64,000 nucleotides of DNA, taken from assembly GCA_021647245.1 (NCBI GenBank), contig JAKIVC010000002.1, positions 64,184 to 128,183 of the forward strand. Reading direction: 5' to 3'. The notes under the pieces are model-generated. The model ran no database searches, was not told the DNA's origin, and saw only the letters and a list, made by a program, of their open reading frames with translations. The translations under genes and the position numbers were made by a program. The stretch comes from Gammaproteobacteria bacterium (lineage in GTDB: Bacteria > Pseudomonadota > Gammaproteobacteria > RBG-16-57-12). Below are positions 18,595 to 28,840 of the stretch, piece after piece. Position 1 is the stretch's first letter. Every line of letters begins with the position of its first letter.

Positions 18595-20544
18595 GTGATG
18601 GAAACCAATACTTTATCAGAGAGATTACACTGCTATAACCAATGGAAAGATGACGTCGTCCATAAGCTTAAAGCTTATGAACAGGTTCTTAAGGATGCTG
18701 AACTTGACAGCGTAGAGCAGGAAATCCGCATCGACGATATGATTGCCAAGTTGCATGATGATCGTATTGTTGTGGCCTTTGTCGCAGAGTTTTCCCGGGG
18801 GAAAACCGAATTAATAAATGCTATTTTCTTTGCAGATTACAAACGCCGACTACTGCCATCTGAGGCAGGTCGTACCACGATGTGCCCAACCGAGCTATTT
18901 TACGACCATGAGAGTACGGATGCTTACATTCGGTTACTGCCAATAGAGACACGCCTAGACGACAGCAGCATCAATGAACATAAACAGGATCTGAGTTACT
19001 GGACAACGTTACACCTTGATATCTCTTCACCAGAAAAGATGGCAGAGAGCTTTAAAGAGGTTATAAAGGTTAAAAAGGTGAGCGTGAAGGAGGCGATTAA
19101 ACTCGGCCTCTACGACGAAACACTGGTGGATAATGAAGAGTCGGAGGTTGAGATCCCCATGTGGCGGCATGCCCTGATCAGCTTCCCCCACCCGCTGTTA
19201 AAAGAGGGACTAGTGATCCTGGATACACCCGGCTTGAACGCGCTGGGTACAGAGCCAGAATTGACCATGGATATGTTACCCAATGCACATGCAATCATGT
19301 TTGTTTTGGGTGCTGACACCGGTGTAACCCGCTCTGATATGGAAGTGTGGGATCAGCATGTGAGCAGTTTTAGCCGTGGCAGTAATCATTCAAACCTGAT
19401 GGTGGTGCTCAATAAAATTGACACATTATGGGATGAGTTGCTGGATGATGAGCAAGTGGCCGCCAATATCGACAGCCAGTGCCAAAATACCGCTAAAACA
19501 TTGAATGTCTCCCCCGACTCAATATTCCCTGTCTCGGCCCACAAGGGGTTGCTGGGGCGCGTGAAAAATAACCCAGAGCTGCTGGAAAAGAGTGGCATTG
19601 CATCGATTGAAAATATGCTTTCGGATACTGTTTTACCGGAAAAGCAGACCATTATTCGTGATCGGGTTATCGACGAAGTGGGCACTATGGTGGAGTCAAC
19701 GCTAAATATTATCCAGGCGCGACATAATTCAGTGCAAGAGCAGCTGGGCGAACTGCAAGGGATCGGCAACAAAAATGAGGCGATGATCAGCCACTTGATC
19801 AAGACCACCCATGCTGAAGCAATCGCCTATAAGGTGAGAGTCGACAACTACCACACCAGCCGTAATCTGCTTAACAGCAAAATCAAAGAGATCCTGGAAT
19901 ACGTTGACCTTAAAGTCCTCGATAGGGTGATTGATGAGGCTCGCAATGAGATGCAAGGCACCTGGACAACCGGCGGCTTGCGTAAATCAATGATGTTCTT
20001 CTTTGAAAATATGATGCAGATCATGTCGCAGGTGAACTACCTTGGCGAGCAAGCCAATGATTTGGTCAAGACATCTTACAAGCGCTTCCATGAAGAGTTT
20101 GGCTTGCCAAACATTCGCCCAACGCTGTTTTCCAACCAGGTTTATGTGCTGCGTATGGAGCGACTACTCAAGCGCTCCGAGGAGTACCGAACCAGCTCAA
20201 CCATGACCATGACCGAACAGAGCTTTGTTATTAAGCGTTTCTTTGTCTCGGTGGTGAGCCATGCCCGTGATGTTTTTTATAAAGCGAATGAAGAGTCTAG
20301 GCTGTGGTCAAAAAGTGCCTTGGCTCCTATCGCAACGGAGATAAAAGAGCGCAAGCGGGTAATGGATAAGCGGCTCAGTAACCTGAATCGAGTAAAAGAC
20401 TCCAAAGAGACATTAGAGAGCAAGCTGAACGAGCTGGCTGACGAACAGCGTGGCCTAGATAAACAGCTCAGCGAACTCAATGAGATCAATGAAATTATTT
20501 GCGCCCCCCTCGACAAAGAGAAGAGTGAGCCTAATAATCAATAA
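18595..20544 (+). CDS. Dynamin-family GTPase (bacterial dynamin-like protein), a single-gene form.
   Basis: G1 AEFSRGKTELINAIF, G3 LVILDTPGLNA, G4 VVLNKIDTLW. The C-terminal half is long and helical with a coiled-coil tail. 649 aa. Confidence 0.75.
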   Translation: MMETNTLSERLHCYNQWKDDVVHKLKAYEQVLKDAELDSVEQEIRIDDMIAKLHDDRIVVAFVAEFSRGKTELINAIFFADYKRRLLPSEAGRTTMCPTELFYDHESTDAYIRLLPIETRLDDSSINEHKQDLSYWTTLHLDISSPEKMAESFKEVIKVKKVSVKEAIKLGLYDETLVDNEESEVEIPMWRHALISFPHPLLKEGLVILDTPGLNALGTEPELTMDMLPNAHAIMFVLGADTGVTRSDMEVWDQHVSSFSRGSNHSNLMVVLNKIDTLWDELLDDEQVAANIDSQCQNTAKTLNVSPDSIFPVSAHKGLLGRVKNNPELLEKSGIASIENMLSDTVLPEKQTIIRDRVIDEVGTMVESTLNIIQARHNSVQEQLGELQGIGNKNEAMISHLIKTTHAEAIAYKVRVDNYHTSRNLLNSKIKEILEYVDLKVLDRVIDEARNEMQGTWTTGGLRKSMMFFFENMMQIMSQVNYLGEQANDLVKTSYKRFHEEFGLPNIRPTLFSNQVYVLRMERLLKRSEEYRTSSTMTMTEQSFVIKRFFVSVVSHARDVFYKANEESRLWSKSALAPIATEIKERKRVMDKRLSNLNRVKDSKETLESKLNELADEQRGLDKQLSELNEINEIICAPLDKEKSEPNNQ

Positions 20545-20554
20545 CCCCTCCCTT

Positions 20555-20588
20555 CCGCAGTAGACTCACCCTAAGTCCGACAGCCTCC
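20555..20588 (+). repeat. Partial copy (one arm) of repeat family R2.
   Basis: ccgcagtagactcaccctaagtccgacagcctcc matches the reverse complement of 33600-33633 at 32 of 34 positions. Confidence 0.5.
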
Positions 20589-20662
20589 TGGCGTGTGGAT
20601 AGCGCTCTCGCAATGAAGGGGGGCAATCGGTTATATTGTGCATAACTTAATCTATAAGTGAT

Positions 20663-21730
20663 GTGCACCCTATGCAAAATCGCGATACCTTGCCAGATAC
20701 CATTCGTATGACTGAATATAGCCATGGTGCCGGTTGTGGCTGTAAAATATCACCTAAGTTGCTGGATGATATTCTCAAAAGCACAACACCTAACCCCACC
20801 TTTCCAAAATTGTTGGTGGGCTACGACACCAAGGATGATGCGGCGGTATTCGATTTGGGTAATGGCAGTTCGGTCATATCAACCACTGACTTCTTCATGC
20901 CGATTGTGGATGACCCCTTCGAGTTTGGGCAAATTGCGGCGACCAATGCGATCAGTGATGTTTATGCCATGGGCGGCACGCCGTTGATGGCCATCTCTAT
21001 TTTTGGCTGGCCGATTGAGACATTAGGAGCTGATGTTGCCTCACAGGTTATTGAGGGTGGCCGTCGCGCCTGCGCACTGGCCGGTATACCACTGGCGGGA
21101 GGGCACTCCATTGACTCACCCGAACCCATTTTTGGGTTGGCAGTAACCGGGCAGGTGGAAAATCGCCACCTGAAGCGCAACAGCCAAGCAGAGGCGGGCT
21201 GCAAACTCTATCTGACCAAGCCACTTGGTATCGGTATTTTGACCACTGCACAGAAAAAAAAGTGCCTTAAGCCAGCACACCGCCGGATCGGCCCCGAAGC
21301 GATGTGCCAGCTTAACAGTGCCGGTACTCAGTTTGCTAAGCTCCCGGCGGTCAAGGCGATGACGGATGTGACGGGGTTTGGCCTGATGGGGCACCTCACA
21401 GAGTTGTGTCTGGGGAGTCATTTACAGGCGCAACTGATCTTTGATGCCGTGCCGACGCTACCGGAGGTTGAATACTATCTGGCGCTAGGGTGTACTCCAG
21501 GCGGCACGCTACGAAATTTTGAAAGCTATGGTCACCATATTGGTGGCATGAGTGAACAGCAACAGATGATTTTGTGTGACCCACAAACCTCAGGCGGCCT
21601 CTTGGTGGCTGTTGCAGCCGAGGGCGAAGCTGAATTTTTAGCATTAACCGAAGCGCTAGGAATGTCATTGAGTCCGATAGGCCAGTTGAGCACCCCCGTC
21701 GCGAATCATGCTCTGGTGGAGATTATATGA
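20663..21730 (+). CDS. selD: Selenide, water dikinase (Cys-type).
   Basis: [10 protein letters not shown] motif and an AIR synthase-related fold. 355 aa. Confidence 0.9.
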   Translation: MHPMQNRDTLPDTIRMTEYSHGAGCGCKISPKLLDDILKSTTPNPTFPKLLVGYDTKDDAAVFDLGNGSSVISTTDFFMPIVDDPFEFGQIAATNAISDVYAMGGTPLMAISIFGWPIETLGADVASQVIEGGRRACALAGIPLAGGHSIDSPEPIFGLAVTGQVENRHLKRNSQAEAGCKLYLTKPLGIGILTTAQKKKCLKPAHRRIGPEAMCQLNSAGTQFAKLPAVKAMTDVTGFGLMGHLTELCLGSHLQAQLIFDAVPTLPEVEYYLALGCTPGGTLRNFESYGHHIGGMSEQQQMILCDPQTSGGLLVAVAAEGEAEFLALTEALGMSLSPIGQLSTPVANHALVEII

Positions 21731-22842
21731 TGGAGCTTCCACAGGTTGACGACTATTCAGCGCTTTTTTTAGATGAAGTACCGATGATCGACCTGCGAGC
21801 CCCGCAGGAGTTTGAGCAGGGACGCTTTCAAAATGCGATAAACCTACCGTTAATGAACGATGAAGAGCGCAAGTTAGTGGGTATTTGCTATAAAGAACAA
21901 GGCCAGCAACAGGCGATTGCGCTGGGTCATGAGCTAGTAACCGGCGAGGTAAAACAGCAGCGCCTGGAGCGGTGGCTGCGGTTTGTAGAAGAGAATCCAC
22001 AGGGTGTTTTGTACTGCTTTCGTGGCGGACTACGCTCACAAATAACCCAGCGCTGGATCTATGAAGAGAGCGGCATCGTCTACCCACGAGTACACGGTGG
22101 CTACAAAACACTGCGCCGTTATTTGCTCGATGAGCTAGAGCGCTCCATTGCGCAGATACAGCCGACCATCCTCAGTGGACGCACTGGCACAGGCAAGACA
22201 CTGCTACTAAAGAAAATCAATAACAGCATCGACTTGGAAGGCGTCTATCATCATCGTGGTTCAGCATTTGGTCGTCACGCCACGCCACAACCGAGCCAGA
22301 TCGATGTGGAGAACCGGCTTTCAGTTGAGCTGCTGAAAAAAATCATATTAGCCGCTGAAGCAGCGCCCCAACTGCTGCTTGAAGATGAAGGGAGCAATAT
22401 CGGCTCACGCAACCTGCCCCACTCACTGATTGAGCGCATGGTGGCGGCACCCATCGTGGTACTGGAAATTCCACTAGCGCAACGGGTCGATATCGTATTC
22501 GATGAATATATTACGGCAGCGCTCTCTGAATATCAGCAGCTACTGGGCGACGAGCACGGCTTTACCACCTGGTCAGAAAACCTGCGCCAGGCACTTGGAC
22601 GGGTTAAACGTCGCTTAGGTGGAGAGCGTTACGGACTGCTTGATGCCGTGATGAGTGGTGCGATTTCTGACCAGCAACAACGGGGTGAAACATCGGCTCA
22701 CCGCGAGTGGATTCAGCGATTACTTAACGATTACTACGACCCAATGTATGACTATCAGTTACAGAAAAAAGCCGAGCGCATCACCTTTCGGGGCGATGAC
22801 AAAGCAGTAATTGAGTATCTTAATACTCAAAATATTACCTAA
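21727..22842 (+). CDS. selU: tRNA 2-selenouridine synthase (SelU/MnmH/YbbB).
   Basis: N-terminal rhodanese domain and a P-loop GRTGTGKT. It overlaps selD by 4 nt. Confidence 0.88.
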   Translation: MMELPQVDDYSALFLDEVPMIDLRAPQEFEQGRFQNAINLPLMNDEERKLVGICYKEQGQQQAIALGHELVTGEVKQQRLERWLRFVEENPQGVLYCFRGGLRSQITQRWIYEESGIVYPRVHGGYKTLRRYLLDELERSIAQIQPTILSGRTGTGKTLLLKKINNSIDLEGVYHHRGSAFGRHATPQPSQIDVENRLSVELLKKIILAAEAAPQLLLEDEGSNIGSRNLPHSLIERMVAAPIVVLEIPLAQRVDIVFDEYITAALSEYQQLLGDEHGFTTWSENLRQALGRVKRRLGGERYGLLDAVMSGAISDQQQRGETSAHREWIQRLLNDYYDPMYDYQLQKKAERITFRGDDKAVIEYLNTQNIT

Positions 22843-22849
22843 TTGCACA

Positions 22850-22887
22850 CTGGGGTCAGAGTAAACGTTACTTTACTCTGACCCCAG
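22850..22887 (+). terminator. Perfect 16-bp stem hairpin downstream of selU. It has no U-tract.
   Basis: ctggggtcagagtaaa cgttac tttactctgaccccag. Confidence 0.35.
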
Positions 22888-22998
22888 CGTCCACTCCCCT
22901 GCGACAACATGTCGCATTCTTTCTATGCCGGGATTCCAATACAATTTTGTCATTAACTGTTCCCTACCCGGTTTATTGACTAAATTATAGGAGTCTCC

Positions 22999-24663
22999 AT
23001 GGCTATTCATAATAAGCGTAATATTTTATGGTCGGCACTGCTGCTGAGTGGTGCTGTGGCATTGAGTGGCTGTAATAGCTCATCAGATGATAATACCGTT
23101 GAGGGTGCAGCAATCGAGGGCTCTATTTTTGCCGCCCCGGTGAGTGCTGCTTCGATATCTGTGTTTGACCTGAATGGTAATCGGGTGGCAGGTCCGGTGA
23201 CGAGTGGGGCAGATGGGCATTATCAAATCACAATTCCTGATGCACACCTTGCCAGTGACCTTAGCTTTATCAGCAGTGGCGGCACGTTTACAGATGAGGC
23301 GACGGGTGAGGCTAATGTCAGCGCAGGTCAAATGTCTGTTTATGTCGCGGCAGATAGCCTTGCGGCGGGTAGTGAAGTACACGCGACACCCTCTTCTACG
23401 ATTATGCACCAGTTGATTATGCAACATGGTCAAGGCTATGTAGAGGCGCAGGCGGCTTTTGAGAGTGCCTTTGGTTATCAGCCTGATTATACTGTGGCAC
23501 CAACGGATGCGACCGCACCGGCGGCCGATGCGACCGACCAGCAAATGTTGGCGGGACTGCGTGCCGCCAGTTTCAGCCAATTAGCCCAGGATTTGGGGAT
23601 GAGCGCCACTGATCAGTTTGCCTTGCTGGAGGCGTTGGCACTGGATTTGTCAGATGGTGAGCTTGACGGGCAGAGTACATCGGGTGCGGTTATTCTCCCG
23701 GCACCTGTCAACATACCATTGCAATTGCATATTCAGCATCAGTTTGCGATGGCACTGGAGGGGTTTCATCGGGGGGGGCGCAATGCAACCAGTTTAAATG
23801 CCAGTCAAATAGGCGTATTGCCCTTTGCTAAAGTGGCCAGCAGTGAAAGTTACCGCTTCGAATATCAGCCGGGCATGATGCCGGCAATGGAGGGGAAAAC
23901 CACATTCAAAATTGTGGTTACAGATGCGGCCACTGGGCAGCTGGCGCAGGGCGGATTGAACTTAATACTACAGGCAAAAATGTATATGGCGACAAAAATG
24001 CATGCCACACCAGTGGATGGTTGTAGTGAATCGGCAACAGCAGGTGTTTATGATTGTACTATTTTCTACCTGATGCCTTCGGTTATGAACGGTATGTCGA
24101 TGGGCTATTGGGAGTTGATGGTTACCACTGATAATAATGAAATGGTCAGCTTTTACCCGGGTGTTGGTATGGGCATGAACGGCAATGGTAAGCGCAGTTT
24201 GATGGCTCAATCAACGGGCACTGTGGTGGATGATGCCGGTTTGACTGTTCCTACCTACAGCGATTTTGTTATGAGTCCCACCTCGGCACGGAAGTACCTC
24301 CTGTTTAAAGACAGTATTGCAGCAGGCTCCATTTCAGGCCACAAAGTGCGCCTGTTTATTGCGGTAAAAGAGAGTATGGACTCATTTCCAGCGCTCTACA
24401 CAGGTGCTAGTTTTAATATGGCTAGTTTTACTGTCAGCTCAATTAACGCAGAATTTTCAGTGGATGGCGCTAGCTGGTCACCTATGACAGAAGAGGGCGC
24501 GGGTTATTGGTCTGTTGATAACGCACCGGGTTTAGTCGATGGTGTTGAAAACACGTTCTATATGCGCCTGCATGTCAATGGTGAACAGAAAACAGCCAAT
24601 GGTAGTGTGCCGGCACTGGATGGTAGTAACGATTACGCAATTTTTACAACTACCCTGAATTAA
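22999..24663 (+). CDS. Exported lipoprotein of unknown function with an N-terminal CarbopepD_reg-like domain and a Met-rich C-terminal region.
   Basis: Lipobox LSGC. VFDLNGNRVAGPVTSGADGHYQITIP motif. Met-rich segments MPSVMNGMSMGYWELMV and GVGMGMNGNG. 554 aa. Confidence 0.6.
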   Translation: MAIHNKRNILWSALLLSGAVALSGCNSSSDDNTVEGAAIEGSIFAAPVSAASISVFDLNGNRVAGPVTSGADGHYQITIPDAHLASDLSFISSGGTFTDEATGEANVSAGQMSVYVAADSLAAGSEVHATPSSTIMHQLIMQHGQGYVEAQAAFESAFGYQPDYTVAPTDATAPAADATDQQMLAGLRAASFSQLAQDLGMSATDQFALLEALALDLSDGELDGQSTSGAVILPAPVNIPLQLHIQHQFAMALEGFHRGGRNATSLNASQIGVLPFAKVASSESYRFEYQPGMMPAMEGKTTFKIVVTDAATGQLAQGGLNLILQAKMYMATKMHATPVDGCSESATAGVYDCTIFYLMPSVMNGMSMGYWELMVTTDNNEMVSFYPGVGMGMNGNGKRSLMAQSTGTVVDDAGLTVPTYSDFVMSPTSARKYLLFKDSIAAGSISGHKVRLFIAVKESMDSFPALYTGASFNMASFTVSSINAEFSVDGASWSPMTEEGAGYWSVDNAPGLVDGVENTFYMRLHVNGEQKTANGSVPALDGSNDYAIFTTTLN

Positions 24664-24679
24664 TGTTTTAAGGTTTTCC

Positions 24680-25651
24680 ATGGCTAATCTCTCAACAAAG
24701 GCCGCCCTCTTTGCAGTGGCGGCCCTTACCCTTTCTCAGCCTTTATCTGCGGCATCATGCTGTGGCGGTGGCTCCTCTTCTGCCTTGGTTATGCCCAAAT
24801 TTGCTACGGGGATGGTCGACCTTTCGTTTTCCATGGAAAACTACGATGGCTATTGGAATAGAGAGGGGGAGTATACCGAAGACCCTGTGGGCTCTCGCTT
24901 GAAACAGTATCGTTTTAATGTTGGCTATGCCCACCGCTTGGGTAAACGCTGGCAGGCGAGTGTTGTCACCCCTTATGTCTGGAATGATAACCAATACAGC
25001 GGTGTCTCATCCGAAACCCAAGGGATGGGGGATACCACCATTAACCTTTGGTATGAAGGATTTGAGAATATCACCTGTGTCTGGAAAATAAAAAAGCCGG
25101 AGGATTGGATACCCGCCAGTTACTACGGGTTATCCATGACACTCCCCACGGGTGTCTCTCCTTATGACAATGTGGAGAATAGCTTTGATATTACCGGTCG
25201 GGGTTTTTATCGTGTGGATGCCAATCTGCTGTTGGATAAGACCATCTACCCCTGGAATGCGACACTGGCACTCTCTTACGGAAAGTATATAGAGCGTCCG
25301 GTTAATCGTGAATATGGCCGCTATGTGGCGCCGTATGATAAGCAGTTGGGTGACCGCTTTTCAGGCTCGCTCTCTGGGGGGTATACCCAGTTTCTTGATA
25401 ATATGGATACCCTGAGCTACACCCTCTCTTATGCTTATTTACAAGAGAGCCAAGGTGAAATTGATGGCATTACAGATACTACCACCGGAATGGAGAAGCA
25501 GACGCTATCCGCAACAGCAGCTTATGCCAGTATGGATCGGGACTGGGTCTTTAAACTAACCTTGAGCCACAGCCCTAAGCGGGATGGTTATGGTGAGAGT
25601 TTTCCCGTTACCAATGTGGTGACACTGGGGGTGAGCCATGTTCTTCGTTAA
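24680..25651 (+). CDS. Outer-membrane beta-barrel protein, similar to the MetA/phenol-pathway OM channel family.
   Basis: Signal peptide and alternating amphipathic strands with a C-terminal aromatic-rich barrel. 323 aa. Confidence 0.5.
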   Translation: MANLSTKAALFAVAALTLSQPLSAASCCGGGSSSALVMPKFATGMVDLSFSMENYDGYWNREGEYTEDPVGSRLKQYRFNVGYAHRLGKRWQASVVTPYVWNDNQYSGVSSETQGMGDTTINLWYEGFENITCVWKIKKPEDWIPASYYGLSMTLPTGVSPYDNVENSFDITGRGFYRVDANLLLDKTIYPWNATLALSYGKYIERPVNREYGRYVAPYDKQLGDRFSGSLSGGYTQFLDNMDTLSYTLSYAYLQESQGEIDGITDTTTGMEKQTLSATAAYASMDRDWVFKLTLSHSPKRDGYGESFPVTNVVTLGVSHVLR

Positions 25652-26174
25652 ACTTGTTGGCCTACTCATGCTGTTGCTGTTAAGTGCCTGCCAAGATGAC
25701 CTGAATCCATCGGATAGCGATGAGCGGCCTGTGGTTCAGACCGGTATTATTGGCAATCAAGTAGGGCAAATTGCCCCTGACTTTACGGCAGGCTCAACAA
25801 CACTAAACACCGCCCACACACTCTCTTCTGATTTACAAACCTATGATGCAGTGGTGCTCTATTTCACCATGTGGTGTCCTATTTGTGATGAGCATATGAG
25901 CCATCTGCGTGCGACTTATGTGAGCAACTACCCCAATGTGCAATTTTTCCTGGTGGATTATGTGAGCGGCTCGCTGGAGGCTGCACGTAATACACAACTT
26001 GCCAGTGGTTATGGCGATATGAGAGTGCTGGTTGATGTAAACCGGGAGATTGAATTTCTTTATGAAGGCACCATGGGGAGTACGGTTGTGATTAATAACA
26101 GTGGTATTGTGCTTATGAACCAAGGCTATAGTGATGGTCGTCAACTGGGTCAGGTATTGGGGGAGCTGCCATGA
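25638..26174 (+). CDS. Thioredoxin-fold lipoprotein with an atypical CPIC active site.
   Basis: Lipobox LSAC and VVLYFTMWCPICDEHM. 178 aa. It overlaps both neighbours. Confidence 0.6.
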   Translation: MFFVKLVGLLMLLLLSACQDDLNPSDSDERPVVQTGIIGNQVGQIAPDFTAGSTTLNTAHTLSSDLQTYDAVVLYFTMWCPICDEHMSHLRATYVSNYPNVQFFLVDYVSGSLEAARNTQLASGYGDMRVLVDVNREIEFLYEGTMGSTVVINNSGIVLMNQGYSDGRQLGQVLGELP

Positions 26175-26434
26175 GAGTGTGGTTACTCATCGCGCTATTT
26201 TTGCTCACCAAGCTGGCTTATTCTGAATCGGTCGAATTAAATGGCCAGCAGCTTTTTGAGGCTCGATGCAGTATTTGTCACCAACTGCCTGCACCCGATA
26301 TGTTGAATCATCGGCAGTGGCACCGGGTAATCAACACCATGCAAATTCGTATGCAACAAGCGGATATTGAGCCGCTGGATGAGGACGAAATTACCGCAAT
26401 AAAAGAGTATTTGCAGTGGTATGTAGATGATTAA
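26171..26434 (+). CDS. Small monohaem c-type cytochrome.
   Basis: Signal peptide and a single CxxCH motif (CSICH). 87 aa. Confidence 0.6.
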   Translation: MRVWLLIALFLLTKLAYSESVELNGQQLFEARCSICHQLPAPDMLNHRQWHRVINTMQIRMQQADIEPLDEDEITAIKEYLQWYVDD

Positions 26435-26942
26435 ATATTTGGCTTCAGCTGGCCTGTTGCTGCTTCTGAGCTTTCCGTTGCAGGCTGACCCTCTGGCAAC
26501 ATTTGGTGCGGAACCGGTGTCGGGAGCAGCAACGGCCTTTATCTTGCCGGACCTTGAGGGTGAAATTCATGCCTTGGCGCAGTGGCAGGGCAAGGTGGTG
26601 ATGCTCAACTTCTGGGCAACCTGGTGTGCCCCTTGTCGGGACGAAATGCCGGGAATGGAACGGCTTTGGCAACGCTATGGTGAGGATGGCCTAGTGGTAG
26701 TGGCGATATCTGTTGATGAGGGAATGGAGCGCCGGGTTGCCAAATTTGTTGAGATATTGAGATTAACCTATCCGATTTTACTCGACCCAGACTATGCGGT
26801 AGGTGACCTTTATCAAGTGAGCGGGCTGCCACACAGTCTATTGATTGACCGTGAAGGGCAGTTGATTGCAAAGGTTGTGGGCCAGCGTGAGTGGGATAGT
26901 GCAGAGTCTTTTGCGTTAATTGAGTCACTACTCTCCCAGTGA
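26427..26942 (+). CDS. TlpA-like periplasmic thiol:disulfide oxidoreductase.
   Basis: WATWCAPCRDEMP motif. 171 aa with a signal peptide. Confidence 0.8.
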   Translation: MIKYLASAGLLLLLSFPLQADPLATFGAEPVSGAATAFILPDLEGEIHALAQWQGKVVMLNFWATWCAPCRDEMPGMERLWQRYGEDGLVVVAISVDEGMERRVAKFVEILRLTYPILLDPDYAVGDLYQVSGLPHSLLIDREGQLIAKVVGQREWDSAESFALIESLLSQ

Positions 26943-26972
26943 GTAGCTGGCAGTCCACGGTGTGTGATCAGA

Positions 26973-27608
26973 TCAGCGTGTACCGCGAATAACCATGGTT
27001 TTCCCGCGAGCGGTGATCAACCCCTGCTCCTCCAGATTTTTTAATACTTTGCCTACCATCTCCCGCGAACACCCTGCAATGCGTCCTAACTCCTGACGGG
27101 TTATTTTGATCTGCATGCCATCGGGGTGGGTCATGGCATCCGGCTGCTTACTCAGGTCGAGCAGGGTACGGGCAACCCGTCCGGTCACATCCATAAAGGC
27201 AAGATGGCCTACTTTAAGGCTGGTGTTGCGTAGCCTGAGCGCCATCTGGCTGGCGAGGGAAAACATGATCTCGGGGTGCTCCTGGATAAGTCGACGAAAT
27301 TTATCGTAGCCAATCTCTGCCAACTCACAACTTACCCGTGCACGAATGATGGCGCTGCGCCCTTGTGACTCTTTATCAAACAGCCCCATTTCACCAAAGA
27401 AATCACCCGCATTAAGATAGGCGAGCACAATCTCGCGCCCATCCTCATCTTCTATATACACCGCGACCGAGCCTTCAGTAATGTAGTAGAGGGTCTCAGG
27501 GGTGTCACCCGCGTGGATAATCGTGCTCTTAGCAGCGTGCTTGCGACGGTGGCAGTGACTGAGAAAAAGCTCAATAACAGCATCCGGCTGTGGCGGGGTA
27601 AATTTCAT
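26973..27608 (-). CDS. vfr: cAMP receptor protein family global regulator (Vfr/Crp).
   Basis: Near full-length match to the CRP/Vfr family: cNMP-binding domain plus [23 protein letters not shown]. 211 aa. Confidence 0.9.
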   Translation of the reverse strand: MKFTPPQPDAVIELFLSHCHRRKHAAKSTIIHAGDTPETLYYITEGSVAVYIEDEDGREIVLAYLNAGDFFGEMGLFDKESQGRSAIIRARVSCELAEIGYDKFRRLIQEHPEIMFSLASQMALRLRNTSLKVGHLAFMDVTGRVARTLLDLSKQPDAMTHPDGMQIKITRQELGRIAGCSREMVGKVLKNLEEQGLITARGKTMVIRGTR

Positions 27609-27914
27609 ATCAGCACCTTTTGATTATGGCCTATCTCTTGATTATAGAACGATTTAGATGACAGCTGGAATAATTAATCTATTTAATATAGAGCCTATAT
27701 AGGCGTTGTGTGCTGGGCCATATTTAACACATTAAACCCCGTTAGCTGCAATCGATGAATGAAAGGTCTCGATAAGATAAACAAAAGAGCCGTTACCGCG
27801 CAGATAGTTCATAATTTCTCTCTTTCCGTCGCTGGTCATCATCTCGATTAATATTAATTTTTTTAAGTGTTGTGGTAAGCTTCAGGTTTTCCAACGTATC
27901 AGGATTATCAGTGA

Positions 27915-28340
27915 ATGAAGGCGCGGATTAAATGGGTAGAAGATGCCACTTTTCTGGGCGAGTCAGGTAGCGGGCATGCGGTTGTAATGGATGGCCCACC
28001 CGAGAGTGGTGGCCGCAACCTGGGTGTACGCCCCATGGAGATGCTGCTGCTGGGAATGGGCGGCTGCGCCAGTTTTGACGTGGTGAGTATCTTGAAGAAA
28101 TCGCGCCAGCCGATAACTGACTGTATTGCCGAAATCACAGCGCAACGGGCTGATGATGAGCCCAAGGTATTCACTCAAATACACATACACTTTATTGTGT
28201 CGGGTGAAGGGCTTAAAGAGAAGCAGGTGGCGCGGGCGGTCTCGCTCTCGGCAGAAAAATATTGTTCGGCCTCCATCATGTTGGGAAAAACCGCTAAAAT
28301 AAGCCACGACTATCAAATACGAGGTGGTGTTGATGAGTGA
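27915..28340 (+). CDS. yhfA: OsmC/Ohr family protein (YhfA-like).
   Basis: OsmC fold with a conserved Cys (GMGGCASFD). It is divergent from crp/vfr as in E. coli crp-yhfA. Confidence 0.8.
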   Translation: MKARIKWVEDATFLGESGSGHAVVMDGPPESGGRNLGVRPMEMLLLGMGGCASFDVVSILKKSRQPITDCIAEITAQRADDEPKVFTQIHIHFIVSGEGLKEKQVARAVSLSAEKYCSASIMLGKTAKISHDYQIRGGVDE

Positions 28341-28734
28341 GTTACCCGTTCGTCCGAAGCCCACAGGGGGAATGCGCCATGTGGCACTTTTTCTGGAAAA
28401 CTTCGAAGCGTGTGAACAGTTTTACACTGAGTTAATGGGCATGAAGCTGGAGTGGCGGCCCGATCCGGATAACCTCTACCTGACCAGTGGCAACGATAAC
28501 CTGGCGTTACACCGCGCAAAAAATGTCGATATGAGTGGCTTTCAGCGGCTGGATCACATCGGCTTTATTATTGAATCTCCCGAGCAGGTACAGGTGTGGT
28601 ATGACTATCTGCTGGCACACGATGTCAAGATGAAAACCACCCCGCGCCAGCATCGGGATGGTGCCCATAGCTTTTACTGCTTCGACCCTGACGGTAATAC
28701 TGTGCAGATCATATATCACCCGCCTATTTCATAG
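28336..28734 (+). CDS. VOC family (glyoxalase/bleomycin resistance-like) protein.
   Basis: HVALFLENFEACEQFYTELMGMKL glyoxalase-fold motif. The start was set at the internal Met. Confidence 0.7.
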   Translation, partial: SELPVRPKPTGGMRHVALFLENFEACEQFYTELMGMKLEWRPDPDNLYLTSGNDNLALHRAKNVDMSGFQRLDHIGFIIESPEQVQVWYDYLLAHDVKMKTTPRQHRDGAHSFYCFDPDGNTVQIIYHPPIS

Positions 28735-28840
28735 AATCAAAGGGCGGTCATAGCCGTAGGTCTGGGCAGTCTTGACCCTGTTTAGCGGCTCTTATTGTGT
28801 TGTTGGCATTTATGAGGATAGACGATTGGCCGAGTCAATG

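Noticed and set aside
20663-26942. Possible selenoprotein (in-frame TGA) or SECIS element near selD/selU, for example in the CxxC thioredoxin-like genes.
   Set aside because: All ORFs in the region are uninterrupted with Cys at active sites, and SelD itself is the Cys form. No in-frame TGA followed by a plausible hairpin was seen.
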